This document shows, in pieces, positions 11,860 to 28,336 of a stretch of DNA of 64,000 bases (within the stretch, counting starts at the first letter, position 1; each line of letters starts with the position of its first letter). Under the pieces are notes generated by a model. That model made no database searches. It saw only the letters and a list, made by a program, of their open reading frames with translations, and was not told the origin of the DNA. The DNA comes from Phyllobates terribilis (lineage: Eukaryota): assembly GCF_046119375.1 (NCBI RefSeq), contig NW_027362764.1:713930001-713994000 (forward strand), in the 5' to 3' direction. Both the position numbers and the translations under genes were made by a program.

Positions 11860-13464
11860 CAGTTGAAACCAGAAGTTTACATAAACTATATAAAAAGACA
11901 CATATGCATGTTTTTCTCAATATCTGATATGAAATCAGAATAAACCTTTCCCGTTTTAGGTCAATCAGGTTTACCATAATTTTTAATATTTGCCAAATGC
12001 CAGAATAATGAGAGAGAATGTTTTAAGGCATTTTTATTACTTACTGCAAAGTCAAAAGTTTACATACATTTCATTAGTATTTGGTACCATTGCCCTTAAA
12101 CTGAATGACTTGGGTCAAACGTTTGGGATATCCTTCCACAAGCTTCTCACAATAGTTGGTCGGAATTTGGGCGCATTCCTCCTGACAAAACTGGTGTAAC
12201 TGATCCAGGTTTGTAGGTCGCTTTGCTCAGAGCCTTTTCAGCTTCGCTCATAACTTTTCAATAGGATTGAGATCAGGGCTTTGTGACGGACACTCCAAAA
12301 CACTGACTTTGTTATCCTTAAGCCACTTTGTTACCATTTTGGCAGTATGCTTCGGGTCATTGTCCATTTGGAAGACCCATTTCCGCCCAAGCTTTAACTT
12401 CCTGGCTGATGTCTTGAGCTGTTGCTTCAGTATTGCTACATAATCTTATTTTCTCATGATGCCATCTATTTTGTGAAGTGCACCAGTCCCTCCTGCAGCA
12501 AAACAACCCCACAACATGATGCTGCCACCCCTGTGTTTCACAGTTGGGATGGTGTTCTTAGGCTTCCAAGCTTCTCCCTTTTTCCTCCAAACGTAACGAT
12601 GGTCATTATGCCCAAAAAGTAAAATTTTAGTTTCATCAGACCAGAGGACATGTCTCCAAAAATTAAGGTCTGTGTTCCTGTGTGCATTTGCAAACATTAA
12701 TCTGGCTTTTTTATGTTTCTTTTGGAGTAATGGCTTCTTCCTGGCAGACTGGCCTTTCAGCCCATGTTGATACAGGACTCGTTTCACTGTGGATATTGAC
12801 ACCATCTTACCAGCTTCTGCCATCATCTTCACAAGGTCTTTTGCTTTTGTCCTTGGGTTGATATGCACATGTCGGACCAGAGCACGTTCATCTCTGGGAC
12901 ACAGAACCCGTCTCCTTCCTGAGCGGTATGATGGCTGGACATTCCCATCTTGTTTGTACTTGCGTATAATTGTTTGTACAGATGGACGAGGCACCTTCAG
13001 GTATCTTGAAATTGTACCCAAGGATGAGCCACATTTGTGCAAGTCCACAATTGTCTTCCTGATATCTTGGCTGATTTCTTTAGACTTTCCCATGATGCTA
13101 CACAAAGCAGTGTGTTTCAGGTGTGCATTAAAATACATCCACAGGTGTGTCTCTAATTAACTCAGATGTTGCCAAAAAACAGAAGCTTCCAAACACATGA
13201 CTCCATCATATGGGCAGTCCAGAATTGTTTAAAGGCATAGTAATCTCAGTGTATGTAAACTTTTGACTTTGCAGTAAGTAATAAAAATGCCATAAAACAT
13301 TCTCTCTCTCTCTCATTATTCTGGCATTTGGCAAATATTGAAAAATATGGTAATCCTAATTGACCTAAAACGGGAAAGGTTTATTCCCATTTCATGTCAG
13401 ATATTGAAAAAAACATTCAGATGTGTCTTTTTATATAGTTTATATAAACTTCTGGTTTCAACTG
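11860..13464 (-). mobile_element. Sleeping Beauty-like Tc1 (DD34E, IR/DR) copy 1; frameshifted
   Basis: TA + CAGTTGAAACCAGAAGTTTACA...CTG + TA; MGKSKEISQDIRK...WSDETK. Confidence 0.93.
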
Positions 13465-13491
13465 TATATACCAGGATGGGGCCAGGATATA

Positions 13492-13827
13492 CAGGTGCTT
13501 CTCACAAAATTAGAATATCATCAAAAAGTTAATTTATTTCAGTTCTTCAATACAAAAAGTGAAACTCATATTACCGTATATAGTCATTACAAACAGAGTG
13601 ATCTATTTCAAGTGTTTATTTCTGTTAATGTTGATGATTATGGCTTACAGCCAATGAAAACACAACAGTCATTATCTCAGTAAAGTAGAACAATTAACAA
13701 AAAACACCTGCAAAGGCTTCCTACGTGTTTAAAAAGGTCCCTTAGTCGGTTTCAGTAGGCTCCACAATCATGGGGAATACTGCCTGTTGACTTGACAGAT
13801 GTCTAGAAGGCGGTCATTGACACACTC
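13492..13827 (+). mobile_element. 5' fragment of a third Tc1 family
   Basis: TA + CAGGTGCTTCTCACAAAATTAGAATA TIR, then a degenerate MGKTADLTDVQKAVIDTL-like start; truncated. Confidence 0.65.
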
Positions 13828-14757
13828 ACTATGACACTATGATAGAAGCTAACTTCCTGATCGATGAGGGGGTCCAACCCACTGGGACCCCACCCAGCAC
13901 ACTTGACTTCCACTCCATCCATTGTCTACAGAACGGCCGGTAATACCCCAGCACTGTACTCCGCCTACTGGGACGTATTTGGGTTGTGATGGGGCACATA
14001 TATGAGGCTTCTTTGGGTACGGGATAAACCAGTGGACTCAACACCCCCAACTAATGTGGTTTGTTGTGTAAATTGTCCATTATACTACAGTACATTTCTA
14101 TAACACTGGTTAAAAAAATCTTCACCTTGTAAAATGTTGACTAAAGGCCTGTCTACATGGACTGGCGATGGCTGACGCCTGTTCACACAGAGCCAATACA
14201 AACTCCGTAAGGGCAGAATGATATGATCGTTCTACCCAATACAGAATCTCAGCAGCACATTCTCTTTATGGGCTCATGCAGACGTCCGTGGATCTTGGTC
14301 CCAGCATGGACCGCAATGCACTGGACTGTCTGCGGGAATCACCATCTGAACTCGACAGCGTCATAAATGCCTACGAGGCTGTCGAATTCGAGTCAGGAGA
14401 TCTGCAGACAGACGGTCCTTTGTGGTCTGTGCTCCGAGATCTACGCATTGGTTTTTTACGTCCAGGTGAACCAAAATAATCAGCAGACGAGCAGGAATTT
14501 TAATTGACTGACAGCGGACCGGTGGCGTGTATACACACCCTGATGGTCGTTCTTAGGGCGCTGTCAGACGACCATATAAATCAGACTGAGATTGGACCAC
14601 AATCTCCCGACCAGAACGTATTTCTATGCAGCTGTCACACTTGGGTCGGGAGAGCCGCCGGCCAGTCCGAGCGCTGCGGTCCGATCTCGGTCAGATTTAT
14701 CGGCCCTTACAATGGCTTTCGTTTTAAGTCTACTTTTTTATAAACGTTCTCTCTTAC

Positions 14758-14920
14758 CTCATGCCCATTACACACTCATAAAGAAACAGAATCCCTTCTT
14801 TTTGATGCGGCCGTAGATGGACTGCCAGGTATGGATCCACCACCACATCTACAACAGCACCGCCGGGCTTATTGAACACTTGCTGGTGATATGTCGATGG
14901 TCTCGGCATTACTATGGCGT
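14758..14920 (-). CDS. RAD54B: RAD54B exon 6 (VMPRP...VDPYLAVHLRPHQKEGILFLYECVMGMR), SNF2 Q-motif region
   Basis: Hand translated (absent from the ORF track); LRPHQKEG motif; poly-T/AAG acceptor, AG|GTAAG donor. Confidence 0.95.
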
Positions 14921-15591
14921 CTTAAAAAAAAAAAAAAAAAAAAAAAAGAAACAAGAAGACGACAATCCATTCAGAGGAAGAAATAAATAATGCCGAAAAC
15001 AGACTTCTGCTTTGGGTATGTTCACATGTGGTGGAAAATACACAATGGGATTTTCACCGTTTGCAGTACATAAGGTTAAAGCGGAGACAAATCCACGACA
15101 AATCTGAAGAATCTGGAGTTTTCCTGCAGTAAAATCTGCCGCAGACATTTTTTTTTTTTAGTTTTATCTGAGAATATATTAGATGTAAAACATCTCTGCT
15201 CCTACATTATGCACAAAAACCCTCTGACCGATTCCCTTTAAATGCATGTATTTTTTTGGCTTAAGATAATTTTTCATTGAAAAATTTTGCACCGTTTCCC
15301 TTCTACAGCCTCTACATTATGAGTTAACTGAGAATTTGTCAGTGAGCTCATTCTTATTCCATAGCAGAGTTTATTACTTCATCTATCTTTTTTAGTTTCT
15401 CTCAGCTGATTTTTGACCACAGACCACATCAAAGTTGAGAGTACCAGGAAACAAAGAGCCTGTAAAATCCAAGTGGTGCAACATTTTTAATGAAACCCAA
15501 TTGCAAAAATTATTTTTCGCCCCAAATACATACATGTAAAATTATCCCCAGAGGAGGACAGCAAATAATGGGAGTGTTTAGAAATGAATAC

Positions 15592-15864
15592 TTGGTGTGC
15601 TGGGGTCGTGGCGAGCCTTGCAGTTATGGAGGTCTCTGGACGGGTTTGTTTCCTTGCTTCTGTCTTTCGCTAGGTTGTTGAAGGGTTTTATTGGGACGTG
15701 ATCTGAAGGAGCCTGGGTGGACGCCATTACTGCTGAGTGAAAGCATCTGCCACTGGTGAAATCTTCTGCCGAGATCGTACCCATCACCTCGATCTCCTTT
15801 CCACCAATCATCAATGTGTGGCCTTCATCCAAGCTTTCCAGGTCCTTTAGCTTGTATCCTGACC
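15592..15864 (-). CDS. RAD54B: RAD54B exon 5 (GSGYKLKDL...GKEIEVMG...ARHDPSTP)
   Basis: Matches the recalled RAD54B segment; CACAG acceptor, A|GTATT donor, 273 nt, phase 1 to 1. Confidence 0.93.
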
Positions 15865-16300
15865 CTGTGAAGAAGAAATCCATACATACAAAAGGGATAC
15901 AAAATAGGTGACGGCACACTTACTGGACCAGAGTGTCTCTATCATCAGCCTACAAATCTGTGGTGGGACATCCTTATCCAACATGTCCATGGTCCTTCCT
16001 TCACAGTCAATCACCTACTTGTAGCTACGTCAAACTAGTTAGGCCAGCATTAAAGGTGAACTGGTCTCTTATAATAGGATGGCATATTAATGCACCAGGT
16101 TAATACCGTATCCTCCCCACTGCACATTGGCGCCCACGCAGGGACCCTCGCTGTGCACAGGAAACTTAGAAGGGCAAGCAGCACTTCAACTTCGTCCCTT
16201 TCAATCTCAGGATGGACAAGAGTCCCGGACGACCATTCATAGAATAAGGGCATGTCCAAGCAATATACCATCACCTTATAAGACAGGAATAACCCTTTAA

Positions 16301-16734
16301 AGAGAACTTGTCCCCAGGATTTTGCTGCCCCATTAGAGAAACAAAGTAGAGGCAGAAACCCTGATTCAATGCTAGGTTATTTGCTGCAGTTTTTTTTTTT
16401 TTATAAAACACAATTGTATCTGCTGCTGCTCTGCTAGTCTTCTCAATGCCATTCCGCTGCTTTGTAGTACTCCATATTCATGAGCCCTGGCCATCTCTGC
16501 CCCACAACACTAAGTGGCAGCTGTCTATGTATAGTATAGGCAGAAAGCAGTCAATGTCCCGGGCGGTGGTAGACGGAGCTCATTATTGAGAAGACTAGCA
16601 GAGCTGCAGCAGATAAACCTATTATCAAATCTACAGCAAGCAGCCCAGTAAGTGACAGCACTGGAATCAGGGTCAATTTCCCTATTGTGTGCTGCTCTCA
16701 GATTCAGAATCACAAACCTGGGGACACTTTCCCT
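16301..16734. mobile_element. T2-type MITE; family also at about 5447-5830 and 57513-58172
   Basis: TTAA + AGAG terminus; internal inverted CCCTGATTC / GAATCAGGG arms. Confidence 0.6.
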
Positions 16735-16946
16735 TCAATGTGAACTTGCAAATGGATTAATTTACTAGTGACTGATGAAGAACCAACCAGTGTGACCCAG
16801 ACAATCGCTAAATAAAAAGGGCAGAGTGCCAAGGACCATTTGGAGCTAGCTTGGCACAAAGCTGCCTCCAACTAGTGCAAGTAAATGGGGTAGTCCTGTA
16901 ATACCAGACACTAAGGGAAAATTTATCAAGCCAAGATTATGGTTAA

Positions 16947-17396
16947 GGGAGCACTCCTCCTCCCATCAAAGTTTTTCTCCTCTTATGGCGACTGCAATAT
17001 ATTATTATATAGCACAGTGTACTTACAATTGCTCATTTTGCCTTTCTACTCTGCTAATTCTTCTCTTTTCTCTTCTCTATATAGAGAAAGGAAGTCTCTT
17101 GTCCCTGCATTTATTATTCCCGTCAACTCCTGACCCAGCTGCTTCGCTCCTCTTCCCTGCCAGGGACTTTTGCAGTGACTGATGATTCACACAGAGAAAA
17201 TTGACCTCCTGTTTCTACACAGAGCTTAGAAGGATTCAGCTAGTCAGTTTTTAGTCACATGATGTCATAGACCTAATGGAAAAGAGAAGAATTAGCTGGG
17301 TAGAAAGGCAAAAGGAGCAATTGTAAGTACACAGTGCTGTATAATATGAGGACTGAAATATCTTAAGAGTCTAAAAACTTTGATGGGCATGCTTCT
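16947..17396. mobile_element. T2-type MITE, copy a
   Basis: TTAA-flanked; collinear with 18786-19202. Confidence 0.65.
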
Positions 17397-17518
17397 TTAA
17401 CCATAATTTTTGGATTGTGCTGTAGATCTCAAAATTGGGAGATACTTATGTTGTTTTAAACACTTTTTCTTACTTTAGAAATGAGAAAAATATCTAAGCA
17501 AATCTTTAGTCGCACTAC

Positions 17519-17716
17519 CTTTCCCAATATCTTTGCCCTCCATGTCCTTTAATGTCACCGATCTCCCTCTAGTAATGAGAACGGCATCTCCCTCCCATTT
17601 CTTGTGCTTTTTCTTGGAAGCTTTGCACCAGACCACGCTGAAGTATTTAGCCGGGCAGCTCGGCTCTTCCTCCTCACTTCTATGGTCTGGAACCGGATTT
17701 GTCACTCGGAGAGGAG
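17519..17716 (-). CDS. RAD54B: RAD54B exon 4 (YFSVVWCKASKKKHKKWEGDAVL...GKDIGK); alternative in-frame acceptor at 17725
   Basis: Signature RAD54B N-terminal motif; phase 1 to 1; two in-frame acceptors 9 nt apart (TTAG at 17726, ACAG at 17717). Confidence 0.92.
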
Positions 17717-18785
17717 CTGTAAAACCTAAGGAAATAATAGACTCCATAGATATCAACTGAGAACAGTCAGTATAAGGCCACATCCCCACTGTCAGCATTT
17801 GGTCAGTATTTTTTCTCAGGAGTGGGAGATGAATGCAGAATTAGTGACTTGTTTCTATTACACCTTTTCTCTGATTGTTCCTCACCTGGTTTTTGGCTCC
17901 CACTCCTGAGAAAAAATACTGAGCGAATACTGATAGTGGGGCGGTGGCCTAAGGCAGACTTTACACACAGGCAATGTGATAACTTAGAATATCAATGGCT
18001 CGTAACCGATTATGTGTCTCAAGTATCTCAGATGCTTCTGCAGATGTCCTCCCCGTCTCCTAAATTATCTCAAGTTTTAGCCCTTTGGGACCATCTAAAG
18101 TGCTGTGTTCCATGCTCTTCACCTCCTTGATTGGGCTACCCATGATTTTGCCAAAGTTTTAGTATGTCACCAAAGTGGATTAAAGGCCTAGATCGTATCG
18201 ACGTTTAGATGAATGACCCTTGTCCAGTTTTCAGGACATTCATAAGATGTCTACATCGGAAATCTTTGGGTGTAATCGGCTCATTTTCTGTTGAACAATT
18301 ATAGACCAGTCGTTCAGCGCTCAGTTACTGGCCAGACAACTAATGATGCCAATATGCTCGTTCTGTCCCCGTATAGCATCATGTTATCGGTAGCACATCA
18401 TCCGGTGTAACGGAATTTATATGCCAGAATAAACAATCACTCGTAAGATTGTTGGCATTGTTACATGGTCCGATAGTCGGGAACAAGCATTAGTAAGATT
18501 CTCAGCACCTCCAAACAAACCTTCACTCTTCTTAATATCACTGGCTAAGTAATTCTCTCTAGGGACGGCCACTTTTCCAATGGCATCTGTTTCGATCTGT
18601 CCATACAACCGTCTTTAGTTTTACCTCTGGTCATGTCTGTACATTTCTCTTTCGCTGTCTAAGTGCTGCTGACTAGGCTCCTCTCAAATAGGGATACCCA
18701 ACGGGGCAAGAAATACCATTCTATCTGTTTGGGCGTCTGGGGGAAGATATCCCCTTTGCGACCCACATGATAGCCACCACATTAA

Positions 18786-19202
18786 AGCCCTCCTCCTCCC
18801 AAAGTTTTATCCCCTTAATATATTGTAGTCACCATATTATATAGCACTGTGTACAATTGCTCATTTTACCTTTCTACCAGCTTATGCTTCTCTTTTCTCT
18901 ACTCTATGTAGAAACAGGAAATCTCATCCTTGCATTTATCATTCCCCTCTTCAACTCCTAACCCAGCTGCTCTACCCCTCCCCCTACCAGGGACTTTTGC
19001 AGTGACTCATGACTCATACAGGGAAAATTTACCTCCTATTTCTACATAGAGCTAGAAGGATCAGCTAGTTGGTTTTTAATCACGTGATGTCATAGACCTA
19101 ATGGAAAACAGAAGAATTTCCTGGGTAGAAAGGCAAAATGAGCAATTGTAAGTATAATTCCCTATAATATGATGATTGCAAAATTTAGATGGAAGTGCTT
19201 CT
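18786..19202. mobile_element. T2-type MITE, copy b (same orientation as copy a)
   Basis: TTAA-flanked; shares CTCCTCCTCCC...TTGCTCATTTT...AGCAATTGTAAGTA...GCTTCT. Confidence 0.65.
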
Positions 19203-20413
19203 TTAACTTGAAAATGTAGTAAAAAAAAATATGGAAACACAAAATAATAATTCAGCACCACTGTTACAATCGTCCCTATCGTTTTGCAGTGATGACATCA
19301 TGTACATTGTCCCTGTGAACACATAAGGAGACCAGCGACAGGCTGCAGGGGTCACACGAAGGATGTATGACACAGGAGCAAGATCAGCGGAGACTAGCAT
19401 TGGTGCAAAACGATTCGCAGGACCCAGGATCCATCAAACACGTCAGTAATTTGTGGCCAATGGACGGGAAGTCTGACAACCAACTCTTTCCTGATGGCAC
19501 CCAGGGCTCCTCTTTTCATTAGCCGGCCTGGTGCGATGTGACACACGCAGGATGTCACTCCAGGCCGGCTAATCAAGAGCCGCAGGTACAATTAGGCAAG
19601 AAGCAATGCTCCGCGTTTCCGTCCAGCGGCTACAGATTACTGAAATGGCCGATGGATCTAGCGAAACGATTTGCACCAGTTCTAGCAGAAACCACCAAAC
19701 CAACCAGCAGTGCCACAAGAGCGGAGGGATTTCATAGACGAGTTTTTGCTGTTTTACTGGGTTATCAGGGAGCCGGCTGCTATGCAAAGATCAAAAATGT
19801 CAGACGACCCCTTTCATTTCTTCCTTGTCAAACGTCTTTTTGCAGTCTTTTTTTTTTTTAAATGAATCCATTTACATTTCTAGGTCCTTTACTAGGAAAT
19901 ATGGGCAGAACGGGAAAATATCATTGCATTAGATGTGGGCATTTATTAGAAAGTGACTGACAGCTGCCCACTTAGCAAGAAACAATTCAAGAAAAACTTG
20001 AGCATGCAAATGAGAAATAAACGGGAAAATACACCGTCCCTTGCGATCAATACTGAGCAGAAACTAAGTATTATATTAGAGACATACTTAGATGTGAGCC
20101 AACCTGACCATTCAGCGGTGCGTGCGGGGACTCCTGTGTGCCGCACAATACATGCTGGATAACGGTGAGTGCATAATATGGGGGGCTCCCCCCATTTAAG
20201 TACTTAGATGCTGCGTTTGCTGTTGATGGGATAGTTCCTATCCCAGCAGGCAGGTCCTAGCTGTATAACCCAAAAATGCACCCAGTGTGTATGGAGCGGC
20301 CTCAGCTCCCGAGCCCACCACATGCAACCACTCCCATCATCAGATGTTAAAAGGGGTTGTTCTAAGCACCCAGCCTGTCCATGGGCCCCAATAGGATATC
20401 GAGGACTCTCTTA

Positions 20414-23615
<3,202 letters not shown>

Positions 23616-24194
23616 TATGTGCCAGCAAAGTGGTACCAGTTCTTCCAAGCCCCGCAATCTATGGACAGCCATTCACTCTGCTGCTTTGGCCAGCTTCATT
23701 ATCTTTAATAAAAACAAACCCCTTTAAAGCATCCAGCTGCAGCGGGTCCTTGCCCCCATTCTGTCAGCAATATTAGACTATAGAAGGTTTAATGGCGTTG
23801 TCCAGACTATTATCCCTATGAAGAGTGGATACCAGGATCTGTACCCTCACAGTCCACTTTTTCTGCTGTACCTCTATATTTTTATTTATATAAAATAACA
23901 AACAGACCAACAGAAATTCACCTCTCGGCCGTCCCACCAATCACCTGACGAGAGATGCATGCCTTTCAGGGGTAACTTTTCTGTTTATGGAGAGTGACGT
24001 GGTTGTGTAAGGAGACTTCTAGGCCACACAATGCTCCACTGGGAAATTAAATATACAAATGGTCTCTTCAGAGAGGAAGAGGACTTGAACTCTACAGCTC
24101 CACCTACTGGAAGTAGCAATCCCACAAGTCACTATCGACCCTTTAAACGAGCCTTGCAATAGGACTTAGGATAAAAGCCAAACCAAAATCATTA

Positions 24195-24235
24195 TTTACA
24201 GACACATGTTTTGCGGTGCTGCTCATCAGTGCAAA
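24195..24235 (-). ncRNA. Degenerate hammerhead of the same family (GAAA changed to AAAA)
   Basis: Minus strand reads TTTGCA-CTGATGA-GCagcaccGC-AAAA-CATGTGT-C-TGTAAA, inside a foldback repeat at about 24051-24415. Confidence 0.65.
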
Positions 24236-27200
24236 GCAAGAGATCTGATTTGGCTGTAGGAGAGGCTTCTGATTGGGGTCTAAGGGGTAATGTTTCTCCT
24301 TAGCCATGAGGCAAGGCTCATTAAAAGGTTCGATATTGACGTTTAGGATCGCTGCTTCCAATAGGTGGCACTAGAGTTCTTGTCCTCTTCCTCTCTGAAG
24401 AGGCAATTTGCATATGTAACTTCATTTTACCAGGAACAGTGCTGCGCAATACGTAGTGGCAGTCGCTGGTACTGCAGTTTTGTCCCGTTCATTTGAATAG
24501 CTGTATACAAAGGTATAGCCCCTACAAAACTTACAAAGTCACGTGTGATAAAAAAGGGCATGCAGCACTCGCCAGAGCATCGCAGCCCCTTCACAGAAAG
24601 CCATCCCCCTCATCAAGTCCTTTATAGTAGCAATGCATACGTATTTCCCTTTCCTTCCCTTGAAGACAGCCATCAGCATAACAGATGCAATCTAATCTGT
24701 AATATGGAAGAAATGCAGATCTGTATTACATACACTTATGGGAAAAAGGCCAATGCAAATAATGAAGCCCCATGCAAACAAATGAAGACACATGCATAGG
24801 TCCAGGACAGCAGCAAAGAAGCAATCGCCTGCAGCACATTTACTCCTTTCTCTTACTAAATCCCTACTGGATTGTATTTTTTGCACGTTATTAGATAGAA
24901 ATATTTATATTTGAATACATTTGTCGGGTGTTTCCATTTATACGAGACCTTACAAGATGAAGTCTTTGGATGAGAAGAAAAAAAAAAAAGACTAAAAACA
25001 TTCAATCACTACCCGTCATTCATTATTCAGTCATTATTTTTATTCTTCTGAAAAATAAGGTGATGTACACACTGGAATTTTCACATTGTCAAGAAATTAT
25101 AAAGAAAAAAAAAAAGTTTTTACTTTAGAATTACAAAAATCTATAAATGAAATATAACACAAGATTATGTTGCAAAGAGTTGATCCTGGAATGAGACAAA
25201 TATAAAATAAAAGTTTACAAAAAACATAAGAATTGAAAGTAGTATTTTTTTTTTTTTTTTTTCTGACAAAACTCCTAACAAACCAATACTGCAAAGAGTG
25301 AAAAGCCTGAACCGGGTGCAAGCGGCAGGAATGAAAGAATTTTATAGTTTTGCCCGTGAGATAGATTTAAAAGGAGTTGCCTCTGCGAAAGTCTATAGAA
25401 AAAGCCCTGTGTGCGGCGGGTGCAGATGTTGGTGTGCGGGTGTAGAGGTGCAGGCACACAACTTAATGGCGCATTATGGTTGCTCATGCTCAGCTCGGCC
25501 GCGCGTCTCCCGACCTGACGCAGAGACTCGTGTGCATATACAAAGAAGTTTGTCCACGTCAGGAGACAGTCAATCAGGCCGGTTATTGCGGACGGACTGT
25601 AAAGTATGGTAGTGTATAGTATAGGTGCAGGAGACCTCCCAATAATGTGCGCGACCTGATGGGCATCGGCCGTCACAATGTCATCAGCGCAGCTCTCGAT
25701 GTGACAACCACGGATCGCAATGCCACGAGAATATCGGATGTGAGAACGAGCCCTTGGGTATTAAAGCCCGAGGCTGTACTACTGAGAGATCCTGTTGACG
25801 TGTTGCCCTATATCACTCAGGTGCAGCATTCTTATAAACACCACGTGTGGATCCAAATCATCATCATATATACACACATTTATATGGATTTTAGGGGCAG
25901 TATAGTGTAAATTTTAATGGAGACAGTGCTTTAAAGTGTACATGTCATCAGAATCTCTGTAGGGCAGCCTCAGGCTTTAGGCCCGTAACTTCAAACAATG
26001 ATCACAAAAGAAAAAAACTCAGATGGGAGCTGTACTTTCAATAAACTGAAGAAATCAACAGTACATGGGAATATTAGAAACTTTGCAATATATTTTGAGA
26101 GTTCTGCTTCTTGTGCCACTTAGGAGCCACTTCTTTCGCTGCCTCCTAATCCTACCACACACTGCAGAAAAAAAAAAGAAACAGCTTAACTGACTGCCAG
26201 CACAGTGAGGAGTCAGATTACACCTCCTATTATAGTTCATGGAGAAGGGGTGTCAGAAAGCAGGCAGAGAGATTGTGCAGAGCTTTCTAACAAGTGTTTT
26301 ACGTCACTCCTGAGCTGGATTCACATCTACAGTGCTCAGTAGTGCTGTATAATGTCCCCCATGCTGCTGCTTCTGTCTGTGATGTATCTCGCTCTGCTGT
26401 GATGTGTATGGGAGACATCATAGTAGCTCCGAGTCAATTTTAATAGCCTGCAGAGGTGATACCTGGTAAAAAATGCAGAATACTCGTATAATGGCCAGAG
26501 CTCGTGTTATTCCTCATGAATATAGAGTATTCTGAAAAAAGTTACTTGAAAGTACAGTTACCGATTAAAAGTTTACAAAAAAAAAGTTATAGTCATAAAC
26601 CTTATTAGAGGAGTCTGATTTGATAGAGGGAATTGGTTCAGGATCTTCATCTTTTGGGCAGAAGGGAGAGAAATTATAAAGAGCGACTCTCTCTGGAGGA
26701 CCCGTCCTCCATCACAGACACAACCCATTGATTTGAATGGACACTATGTAATGCTTTATTTCCCCATTGGAGGCACTGCAGGGAAAGTGGACACTTACCG
26801 CCCGGTTTTCGCCTAGCTCGCTGGTGGACTCAATCGGAGAACTATGCGAGACCCATCTATCAAATATGGGATCTCCAAAGCAGAGAACCCTTTTAAGCAT
26901 TAAATGGGTTGCGTAGATTTTTATTGTGGTAGCAATATATATATTAATACCATTGGCAGTTAGATATTTATTCATTAAAGGGGGTCTCCGGAGCTACTCA
27001 CTTCGACATAGGGGAGGTGAGCAATGCCGAGGACACCACATCTATAGATACCTGTTTCGACGCATGAATATATGACCAACAGGCATGGTCTACCTGTCCT
27101 ATTTCATGATGAAGAAGTGAGCGGCGTCGGAGAAGCACTTTTTGAACCCTGTTGAGGTCTGATGTGTCCCAGACTTGCTGAGCTCGATACCAGAAGGAAC

Positions 27201-27245
27201 ATCACAGTAGGATACATCACCCCAATGACCATCCACAAAGTGAGT

Positions 27246-27765
27246 CTATAAGTTACTATACTCCGGCAGGTCCCGCCTTAATCTTAAAGCCTTCAACTTC
27301 TCAACTTTAATTTTAGCTTTTAGCAATTCCTCTTCTAGCTGCTGCCTCCTCTTCAAACATTCCCTCTTCTCCTTGATGTAGAGTCCATATTGCTTCTGGT
27401 TTTGTAAAATGATCTGATGCTCTTTTTTCACCAACTGCAACGTCTCTGGACTGCAAGCGCAGGTCGTCCGCAGGCGCGAGCAGTTCTGGCTGAAGCATTC
27501 TTCTATCCTGGGCAGCGGTGGAGACATGGACAAGTTCATATCCACCGAGGAGAGGGAGGGAGACACCGATCTCTCCAAGTTGTGTTCAAAATCCAGATCC
27601 TCGGCGTCGTCGGAGGCCGCCTCTGGTTGCGGAGGCACGAGTAAAGATGGAGGCGGCTTCACATCGTCGTCTAGCTCCAGCTCCACGGTGACCGTCGAGA
27701 TGTGATCCGGTAACGGTGGTGGCAAGAGATTGACCGTCGATTCTGACTTTGTAGTCTTCACTTCA
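27246..27765 (-). CDS. FSBP: FSBP coding exon 2 with C-terminal coiled coil (...LKRRQQLEEELLKAKIKVEKLKALRLRRDLPEYSNL*); total 288 aa
   Basis: TTTCAG acceptor with matching phase 2; C-terminus matches recalled FSBP; 347+520 = 867 nt. Confidence 0.93.
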
Positions 27766-28103
27766 CTGAAATTAAATGCAGAGAATTCAGTTTTTGCAAT
27801 ATTATAACAGTGAAGCATTGTATTTAGGTTTGCACCCAGCCCACGCGTGGTTAATCAGCCTGTGGTGCATACTATACAAAATGGGCGCGTAAAGTGCCCC
27901 CTAGCAGGCAGAGTCCAGGTAACAATGACCAATGTAACTAAATGGGCTGTCTTATTAGAGACCACCCCTTGTAAAACGTGCTTCACCCAAGGTGATCATC
28001 TGATTTTGCAGCAGAAGTATCACGAGGCCGTCACTGTCATACAAGGAAGGTATAGAATTACCGCAAATAAACAACTTTTATAACAAAAGGTAAATGATGC
28101 TAC

Positions 28104-28336
28104 AGCATTGACACCCCATGAGTGCCTCTATGCGTTTCACCATTCTGGCTTCCTCAGGAGGCTGATAAATATTAATGGGTCCCATTTTGTTTCCATCATT
28201 TGTCTGAGGAGCATCATTGGGAACATGGTTATCTAAAGGAGTACATTTCCCTCGGAGGACATCGTTAATACTTATCAGGCTCCAGAGGAACCTAGAATGG
28301 TGAAACGCGTCGAGGCACTAATGGGGTATCAATGCT
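28104..28336. repeat. Foldback repeat with two inverted degenerate hammerheads (second family)
   Basis: Arms of about 70 bp are reverse complements; each carries C(T/A)GAGGAA...GAAACGC(G/A)T. Confidence 0.6.
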
